Assembly (NCBI RefSeq): GCF_000150275.1
Contig: NW_002061286.1
Coordinates: 1 to 6,762, forward strand
Length of the DNA: 6,762 nucleotides
From: Trichoplax adhaerens
Taxonomy: Eukaryota > Animalia > Placozoa
Direction of reading: 5' to 3'
Below the pieces are notes generated by a model, which was given only the letters and a program-made list of their open reading frames with translations, was not told the DNA's origin and searched no databases. Positions 1-6,762 of this stretch are shown in pieces (the stretch's first letter is position 1; every line of letters starts with the position of its first letter). The translations under genes and the position numbers were made by a program.

Positions 1-630
1 GGATCAAGATGACGTTCTAAGATATCATAGTGTAGATATTTAAAGTTTAGTGAAGACCTTCAGCAAGATAATTCATTCGTTACTTGCACAGTATAAATAC
101 AAGGCAAATTAAACTAAATTCTACATAACTGAATTGATTGATAGAATTTTAAAAAGTACAACAATAGTGATATCATGGATATACTCGTACGCGTACTGAT
201 TATGAGAACGAAAACTCAGCAAAGTTAATAAAATTCTAGTATTACTACATCAGCAAGGCAGTGTACAATATTTATAGCAAGCAAAGACGAATTACAACCG
301 AGCTGTAACTGTAAAGATAATTATAAGCATTGCTAAGGAATATCCAATTGGAACCTATGTAATATGTAGACATGTAGCACGCTTGAACTATAGTATACTT
401 GAATAGTGGACTTTTTTAAACGATACTGTAGTACAGTACATTAACTATCACATTTTGAAAGAAAGCTAACAGCAATTCTAGTATGTGATAAAGTTCTTAC
501 TGGATTTTTGAATTGAAATGTAGTTGTCTATTGTATAACATGGACAACAAGAAGATTTTTTGAATCTACCAACAATCATTGCAAGCAACCGCTATAGTCT
601 ACAGAAGTTGAATGTGCATTAATAATTTAG

Positions 631-786
631 TGACGCCCATACGGATTGTATACGAGCCTATCAAGGACTTTGGTGAGATTGTGGGCTTTTGGATTTCTAG
701 TCAAAATGATGAACTTCTTATCCAGTCACGGGAAAGGATTTTACTTGTACAGTGCACTAGCGTTATGCATCCCTTTAAGTCTATTG
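631..786 (+). CDS. Weak candidate internal exon within ORF 612-836 (TPIRIVYEPIKDFGEIVGFWISSQNDELLIQSRERILLVQCTSVMHPFKSI)
   Basis: AATTTAG| at 630 and TTG|GTATAT at 786/787 bracket an open 156-nt segment with protein-like composition. Both splice signals are weak. Confidence 0.15.
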
Positions 787-1171
787 GTATATGTATGATG
801 ATGGGAAGATTTGTAGGGCAACTAATAATCAATTAACGTACGCGTTTCCGTTGCGTAGTATCTAATACGATAGTGATTACCAGTAATTGTGATCGAAGGT
901 ATTGAACTTTGTTCACATTGGGTGTACGTAGACTTAAGCATTTGTAGAAATAGGCGATAACACAGTCCGTTATAATCTTGGGAAATTGAACAAGGTACAG
1001 TATTGATAAAAGATCGATTTTCAACGTAGGCTAAATGGTCGTATTTAGTCACGCAGGAAACTGGTATCGAGACAAGTCGCTCGCTATATTAGTATAGCTG
1101 GTGTGATTTACCTATTAGTTCTGTAATTACAGTCTAATTATATAAATCAATAACAGTTAAAAGGCTAGACG

Positions 1172-1352
1172 NNNNNNNNNNNNNNNNNNNNNNNNNNNNN
1201 NNNNNNNNNNNNNNNNNNNNNNNNNNNNNNNNNNNNNNNNNNNNNNNNNNNNNNNNNNNNNNNNNNNNNNNNNNNNNNNNNNNNNNNNNNNNNNNNNNNN
1301 NNNNNNNNNNNNNNNNNNNNNNNNNNNNNNNNNNNNNNNNNNNNNNNNNNNN
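1172..1352. other. N run, 181 bp (assembly gap or hard-masked sequence)
   Basis: Continuous N from 1172 to 1352. The content is unknown. Confidence 0.99.
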
Positions 1353-1375
1353 ACTGTACAAGATTGTACTCTAAA

Positions 1376-1651
1376 ATCCATGCAATAGTTGAAAGTTCAT
1401 TGGAGTATCTGTAACATCCATGAAATAGTAGAAAGTTCATATGAGTATCTGTAACATCCATGAAATAGTAGAAAGTTCATATGAGTATCTGTAACATCCA
1501 TGAAATAGTAGAAAGTTCATATGAGTATCTGTAACATCCATGAAATAGTAGAAAGTTCATGTGAGTATCTGTAACATCCATGAAATAGTAGAAAGCTCAT
1601 TTGAGTATCTGTAACATCCATGAAATAGTAGAAAGTTCATTTTGAGTATCT
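1376..1651. repeat. 40-bp minisatellite, about 6.9 head-to-tail copies, consensus ATCCATGAAATAGTAGAAAGTTCATATGAGTATCTGTAAC
   Basis: Units start at 1376, 1416, 1456, 1496, 1536, 1576 and 1616 (the last is partial). Units 2-4 are identical and the others differ by 1-4 nt. There are no spacers. Confidence 0.98.
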
Positions 1652-1673
1652 TTCTTTCGTTTTATGCAAATAG

Positions 1674-1836
1674 GCAAATCATGTTGATGGCCAACAACGG
1701 AAGAGATCAAAAGGTTGAAAAAAACATGGCCTTAGAACACTCATCCATGCAGAATCGCTCAACTTTGTCAAATAGACACGCCAAGAAAAAAAGACATGGA
1801 AAAATAAACAGTCGCTATCGACCACCTAGAGATTAG
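1674..1836 (+). CDS. Candidate terminal coding exon encoding a basic, hydrophilic C-terminal tail (QIMLMANNGRDQKVEK...RHAKKKRHGKINSRYRPPRD*)
   Basis: Pyrimidine tract and acceptor TTTCTTTCGTTTTATGCAAATAG|G at 1651-1674. One frame is open to TAG at 1834-1836, and overlapping AATAAA signals follow 40 nt later. I recognise no homology. Confidence 0.3.
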
Positions 1837-1875
1837 AGTAGATTTCAAGGGAGAAACAACATGGATGGTGTTGTA

Positions 1876-1889
1876 AATAAATAAATAAA
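1876..1889 (+). promoter_or_regulatory. Three overlapping AATAAA hexamers (possible polyadenylation signal)
   Basis: AATAAATAAATAAA lies just downstream of the stop at 1836. It could equally be a short (AAAT)n repeat in AT-rich DNA. Confidence 0.25.
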
Positions 1890-2144
1890 CATGACAGCAG
1901 ATATCTTGAAGTGAGAACAAGCTCGATTGAATTGATTGGTGCAAAATCGCCCATGACAAGGTGAGCCTTAGACACCGTTTTCAACATTGCAATGTTCAAA
2001 ATACAAAAGTATCGCTATAAAGTGGCCAGTCCACTCATTGATTTTGATTGACTTATTGACTTTGCAATAGGTCTTCACTGATTCATACTCATAAAATCAA
2101 TTGGGAAAAGAGTGAGAATCAAAAATGTTAGGGTGTCCGCTTAC

Positions 2145-2164
2145 CTTTCTACAACGTCCGCCAT
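2145..2164 (-). CDS. Candidate first coding exon of a spliced gene (MADVVE + AG, phase-2 intron follows); product unknown
   Basis: The minus strand reads AAAGAC ATG GCG GAC GTT GTA GAA AG|GTAAGC. This has a good Kozak context (purine at -3, G at +4) and a near-consensus 5' splice donor, inside a locally GC/CpG-richer patch (~2130-2220). Downstream exons were not identified. Confidence 0.4.
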
Positions 2165-2340
2165 GTCTTTTCGCTGGTACCGTTTGCGAGCCAGTAGTGT
2201 GGAGGCGGTCGGAAAGCGATTTTACAAGCACATTTCACCACTCGTGTATGATACAATAGGCTTCTACTGTAACAAGATGATTGTTGAATTCAATTATTAT
2301 CATTATTATTACCTTAACCTTAATTAATATTTATCCGCAA

Positions 2341-2364
2341 TATTATTATTATTATTATTATTAT
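2341..2364. repeat. (TAT)8 microsatellite, with a related imperfect (ATT)n tract at 2293-2311
   Basis: Eight perfect TAT units read directly from the sequence. Confidence 0.95.
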
Positions 2365-2677
2365 CTTATCATCCTGCTACAGTACTACAGTAGTACGGTA
2401 CAGTACAATAAAATGAGTGTACTGTACAGCACAGCTTCTAGTGTCCGAGAATTTTTGACGTATTTAAAACCAAAGCAAAATGCAAAAAATAGACACAACT
2501 TGAACAAATTACATGTCAAACTATACAGCAGAAATCCAATAACACCAATCCGTCCTTATAATTTGCGTACGGTGTCCAATTTCCAAGTCATTATTCGTTA
2601 AAGTACGCCGCTCGCTACTGTATTAAGGAAAAAAAATCAGGCTTTTGCATATTGTACAAGTGTCCGTGTGACATACT

Positions 2678-3630
2678 NNNNNNNNNNNNNNNNNNNNNNN
2701 NNNNNNNNNNNNNNNNNNNNNNNNNNNNNNNNNNNNNNNNNNNNNNNNNNNNNNNNNNNNNNNNNNNNNNNNNNNNNNNNNNNNNNNNNNNNNNNNNNNN
2801 NNNNNNNNNNNNNNNNNNNNNNNNNNNNNNNNNNNNNNNNNNNNNNNNNNNNNNNNNNNNNNNNNNNNNNNNNNNNNNNNNNNNNNNNNNNNNNNNNNNN
2901 NNNNNNNNNNNNNNNNNNNNNNNNNNNNNNNNNNNNNNNNNNNNNNNNNNNNNNNNNNNNNNNNNNNNNNNNNNNNNNNNNNNNNNNNNNNNNNNNNNNN
3001 NNNNNNNNNNNNNNNNNNNNNNNNNNNNNNNNNNNNNNNNNNNNNNNNNNNNNNNNNNNNNNNNNNNNNNNNNNNNNNNNNNNNNNNNNNNNNNNNNNNN
3101 NNNNNNNNNNNNNNNNNNNNNNNNNNNNNNNNNNNNNNNNNNNNNNNNNNNNNNNNNNNNNNNNNNNNNNNNNNNNNNNNNNNNNNNNNNNNNNNNNNNN
3201 NNNNNNNNNNNNNNNNNNNNNNNNNNNNNNNNNNNNNNNNNNNNNNNNNNNNNNNNNNNNNNNNNNNNNNNNNNNNNNNNNNNNNNNNNNNNNNNNNNNN
3301 NNNNNNNNNNNNNNNNNNNNNNNNNNNNNNNNNNNNNNNNNNNNNNNNNNNNNNNNNNNNNNNNNNNNNNNNNNNNNNNNNNNNNNNNNNNNNNNNNNNN
3401 NNNNNNNNNNNNNNNNNNNNNNNNNNNNNNNNNNNNNNNNNNNNNNNNNNNNNNNNNNNNNNNNNNNNNNNNNNNNNNNNNNNNNNNNNNNNNNNNNNNN
3501 NNNNNNNNNNNNNNNNNNNNNNNNNNNNNNNNNNNNNNNNNNNNNNNNNNNNNNNNNNNNNNNNNNNNNNNNNNNNNNNNNNNNNNNNNNNNNNNNNNNN
3601 NNNNNNNNNNNNNNNNNNNNNNNNNNNNNN
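2678..3630. other. N run, 953 bp (assembly gap or hard-masked sequence)
   Basis: Continuous N from 2678 to 3630. The content is unknown. Confidence 0.99.
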
Positions 3631-3940
3631 CTTTTCTGTAGCAATTTGAGCATTAAAAGAGGTTCAATTATTCCCATTACTGTACGATATACATTGGCAT
3701 ATTGCATTGGATTGTCCTCCCTACGCCCATTCACATATACTGTCTATTATGATGTCGTGATTTCAGCTAATTACAATAGTTTTGCACATGAATATCCTTC
3801 AGATTTCTCCTACATACTAGAACTCTTTAAGAAAAATTTTATTATGGTGGGCTATACTTTATAACAGTAATTAGAGGTCTAAATAATCATTTTCTGTTTA
3901 CTTTGTAACAGTAATTTGGGGTCTAAATAATCATTTTGTG

Positions 3941-4003
3941 TCAATAATGTAATATTCTAGCTTGAAAATCAATAGAATTGGAAGACACATCCACTCGTAC
4001 AGT
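3941..4003 (+). repeat. Tail copy 1 (63 bp), direct repeat of 4352-4409
   Basis: TCAATAATGTAATATTCTAGCTTGAAAATCAATAGAATTGGAAGACACATCCACTCGTACAGT aligns by hand to 4352-4409 with a 5-nt indel and 6 mismatches over 58 aligned positions. Confidence 0.93.
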
Positions 4004-4351
4004 ACTTTATAACAGTAATTAGAGGTCTAAATAATCATTTTCTGTTCACTTTATAACAGTAATAGGAGGTCTAAATAATCATTTTCTGTTCACTTTATAA
4101 CAGTAATTAGAGATCTAAATAATCATTTCTGTTCACTTTATAACAGTAATAGGAGGTCTAAATAATCATTTTCTGCCAACTTTATAACAGTAATAGGAGG
4201 TCTAAATAATCATTTTCTGCCAACTTTATAACAGTAATTAGAGGTCTAAATAATCATTTTCTGTTCACTTTATAACAGTAATTAGAGGTCTAAATAATCA
4301 TTTTCTGTTCACTTTATAACAGTAATTGGAAGTCTAAATAATCATTTTCTG

Positions 4352-4409
4352 TCAATAATATTCTAGCTTCAAATTCAATACAATTGGAAGACACGTTGAC
4401 TCGTACAGT
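4352..4409 (+). repeat. Tail copy 2 (58 bp), direct repeat of 3941-4003
   Basis: TCAATAATATTCTAGCTTCAAATTCAATACAATTGGAAGACACGTTGACTCGTACAGT, about 90% identical to copy 1 excluding the indel. Confidence 0.93.
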
Positions 4410-4420
4410 GACGCACTGTA
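4404..4420. other. Perfect 7-bp inverted repeat TACAGTG-acg-CACTGTA resembling two fused Tc1-type termini with TA target duplication
   Basis: The inverted repeat is seen directly. Tc1-family elements insert at TA, and C. elegans Tc1 begins CAGTG and ends CACTG. The transposon origin is an inference. Confidence 0.4.
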
Positions 4421-6140
4421 TCCACGTTCATTGCCACGTTGACACGATCGACTGCAAGCTTTCAACAATAAATTCACTATACAGTATGTCACATGGATAC
4501 TTGTACAATACAGTACCGTACAATTGGCAAATATCGATTCCAATCCAGCACGAAATATTGCTGATTTGGCTTCTACGAATCTTCAAATTGTTCGAGTTTA
4601 GGATTCTTGAACAGACTTTGAACTAATGCTATTTATGCGCTGAGATGATATCACGTAGAATAAATCACTAATACTTGAGGATATTCATGATAAATTGGCA
4701 CGAACTGTAGTCGAAATGGATTGCAATATGCGTACAACGCAATTTGCCAATGTAGTACAGCGCGATATATAGCCTCACTCGGTGTTCAGATTGTTCAAAT
4801 AAAATAATTATTGAGACTTGAAATAGATGGTATAGCAACTCAAGATGATGCCTTTCTCAAATTCTTCTGTCGCCTAGGACAAATCACTACTATCTGATGG
4901 ATATTTGTGATAGTTAGTACATACGTATAACAGCTGAATATCCGTACACGTATTACATTGCAAGATCATTTAGCACTGGACAGCCCAATATGTAAGATCG
5001 GCAAACAATGACTACAACTATGGACTACATCATTTTTAATTGCTGAAAATTGAAAATTATGAGGGAAAAATAAATAATTTATTACCCTGTTATAGATCAG
5101 GGACAACTATACTAAAGCAAGAAAATGCTGTACTATAAACTATAGAAACTGATGCGTACAACATAAAAGGATTTCATTTCCTGGTTGAGAAAGCATGCAA
5201 GCTTTCATAGTAGTGTACTCAGTACGCACGCCTATGAAGGCTATATTATTATAAATAAAAATGGTTTTTCAGATTTTTATGTACTGTATAGCCGCCCGCC
5301 TTTATGGCTAGCTGTTCAGCCTTTAGACAGAGGGAAAAGAACTTTTCTACTCCACAGACAACAGTAGTAAATATCCATTGTTGTAATGTGCTAGTAGGGC
5401 AGTCTAGTTCTGCGCAATTTATACTCCAATCAAGTATCATAAATCGACTTTATCAACGTGAGTACTGTAATTATCAATAACTAACAATCCGTATAGCTAA
5501 TTCTAGCAAATCGGTCAAATATAAGTCAAGTGAAATAAGAGAGATCTCACAGAATTATCATGTATCTTTTTCTTACAAGTCAATCGTGTTAACGCAAGGT
5601 AAAAAAAAATTGATCTTGTCATGTGCGAGGTCATATCGTAGATCCAAGAATGCGTAGGATAACAATCAACACGCTATGCAGATGATTATATTGGTAATCT
5701 CTATATACGTGTTGATGAATCGATTGGCTTCTGTCTACAGAATCTAAATAGTAGTTTTGGGTATTAATACATAATCCTGCAAGCGAGAAATTTCTCCTAC
5801 TTTATATAATAGGAAAATTAAGTTTTGGCAATAGCAGTAAAATAATACCTAGATTAGATATGCAGAATTTAATTGAAATTGGTTAATTTCTATCCGCATA
5901 GAGTATAGCAACAGAATTTCCACCTTTCGCGATATGTAGGATTATTTCTTAAAATTAAATTCGGCTAATGATCTCAAACGATATTCATTTTAGTCTTACG
6001 CAATGAAAAAACAGTGGATAGATTTCTCGGAATATACTCACTGCTAAAATCATCGTAATGTTGTTCCTGCTATTGTTTTAAAACATATAAATATGCTAAT
6101 GTACGTAAGCTAATGAGATAGTAGTCCAGTTTTATTGTAG

Positions 6141-6293
6141 GTTATCGATTCCATGTTACACGTTAAATATTGCAAAGTACATTGCCAAGCCGAGTCGTTA
6201 TCGGCAGGTCTACAAGAGTTCGTTTCTCTTCGTCAACGTAAAACCGATATTCGCCTATACAACTCCTTTAGTGTTCATTCAGGTGTATTTGAG
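6141..6293 (+). CDS. Candidate internal exon (153 nt, phase 0-0; VIDSMLHVKYCKVHCQAESLSAG...HSGVFE)
   Basis: Acceptor TTTTATTGTAG|G at 6140/6141 is in frame with track ORF 6153-6371. There is a possible donor GAG|GTATTT at 6293/6294. I recognise no domain. Confidence 0.2.
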
Positions 6294-6762
6294 GTATTTA
6301 CTTTCTACAAAGACTATTTTGAAAGTTTTATATCGCAAACATCAACGCATGATAGTATAGTTTTAGCTTAAAATTATTATTACATTCCTCTATAAACAGA
6401 GGAAAGACAGATTAATTATTCTAATGTATGATAAACGTTTAATAATCTTCTGATTCTATATCATCGTGCTACTATAACTAAAAACAAAACGAGTACCTCA
6501 ACAGCGATTGAGGTGATATTTTTCTCGCACGGTGTTCCTTAAAAATGCTGTTGCAAGAATACGTGTAGTCGCCGTAGTAACAATATTTCAAGAGCAAAAA
6601 TAAATAGATTTTACAACTCAAGCACAGAAAGAAAGAAACCAGTTTGCTTACAAAAGCTGAGAAGAAATGTCTATTTCATTCATAACCAGTGTATGAAATA
6701 CATAGTTATTTTATCTCGATAGATTGATGTAGAACCAAGTCTTGATATACCATACACAATTC

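Larger units (their letters stand above)
3856..4409. repeat. Composite 44-bp minisatellite locus, consensus ACTTTATAACAGTAATTAGAGGTCTAAATAATCATTTTCTGTTC; 10 units in two modules, each ending in a shared tail of about 60 bp
   Basis: Module 1 has units at 3856 and 3900 and a tail at 3941-4003. Module 2 has units at 4004, 4048, 4092 (43 bp), 4135, 4179, 4223, 4267 and 4311 and a tail at 4352-4409. Confidence 0.97.

Noticed and set aside
822-1052. Two overlapping minus-strand ORFs (76 and 63 aa)
   Set aside because: They have non-ATG starts, no recognisable motif and no convincing splice boundaries, and their length is attainable by chance.
1134-1461. ORFs of 74-98 aa spanning gap 1
   Set aside because: They are N-run artefacts, and the readable part of one is just translated minisatellite.
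1376-1651. CRISPR array interpretation of the 40-bp repeat
   Set aside because: The units are contiguous with no unique spacers, no cas genes are visible, and the context looks eukaryotic.
2312-2323. CCTTAACCTTAA as a telomere-like repeat
   Set aside because: There are only two units, it is not the canonical TTAGGG, and it is embedded in low-complexity sequence.
2281-2601. 106-aa ORF with poly-Ile and poly-Tyr resembling a signal or membrane peptide
   Set aside because: The homopolymers are translations of the (ATT)n/(TAT)n microsatellites, the start is not ATG, and there is no other coding evidence.
2637-3864. Long ORFs of 329-398 aa in the track
   Set aside because: They are almost entirely X from the N run and are artefacts of having no readable stop codons.
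3856-4409. CRISPR array interpretation of the 44-bp repeat, with the 63-bp segment as a spacer
   Set aside because: The units are head-to-tail. The only intervening segment is itself duplicated at the array end, so it is not a unique spacer.
4453-5207. Dispersed exact matches TGCAAGCTTTCA (4453, 5196) and ATGCGTACAAC (4728, 5152)
   Set aside because: A few 11-12-mer matches are expected in 5.6 kb of AT-rich DNA. The flanks do not extend and the order is not collinear.
4352-5440. Short ORFs 4352-4543, 4384-4626, 5185-5367 and 5249-5440
   Set aside because: They are short, overlap on opposite strands, lie partly in repeat tail sequence and show no recognisable domains.
6385-6514. Two 7-bp hairpins (TTCCTCT/AGAGGAA at 6385-6404 and ACCTCAA/TTGAGGT at 6495-6514)
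   Set aside because: Stems this short can arise by chance. They lack a U-tract or any tRNA/ncRNA architecture, so they were not called as terminators or RNA genes.

Overview
AT-rich (roughly one-third GC by eye), mostly non-coding sequence that looks eukaryotic, probably an animal scaffold. That is an inference from the lack of long ORFs, operons or RBS sites, and from the canonical splice-like signals, AATAAA signals and (TAT)n microsatellite. Two N runs (1172-1352 and 2678-3630) hide 1134 bases and produce all the long 'ORFs' in the track. The solid features are a 40-bp minisatellite (about 7 copies, 1376-1651) and a 44-bp minisatellite (3856-4409) built as two tandem modules, [2 units + tail] and [8 units + tail]. 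Neither is a CRISPR array. The most striking unexplained signal is at least 15 copies of the heptamer TACWGTA, which matches the canonical Tc1/Sleeping Beauty excision footprint. One copy lies exactly at the module junction, and a TA-CAGTG-acg-CACTG-TA mini inverted repeat closes the second module. A few candidate exons are offered at low confidence. I recognise no gene, and I cannot support a novel multi-gene system from the visible sequence.
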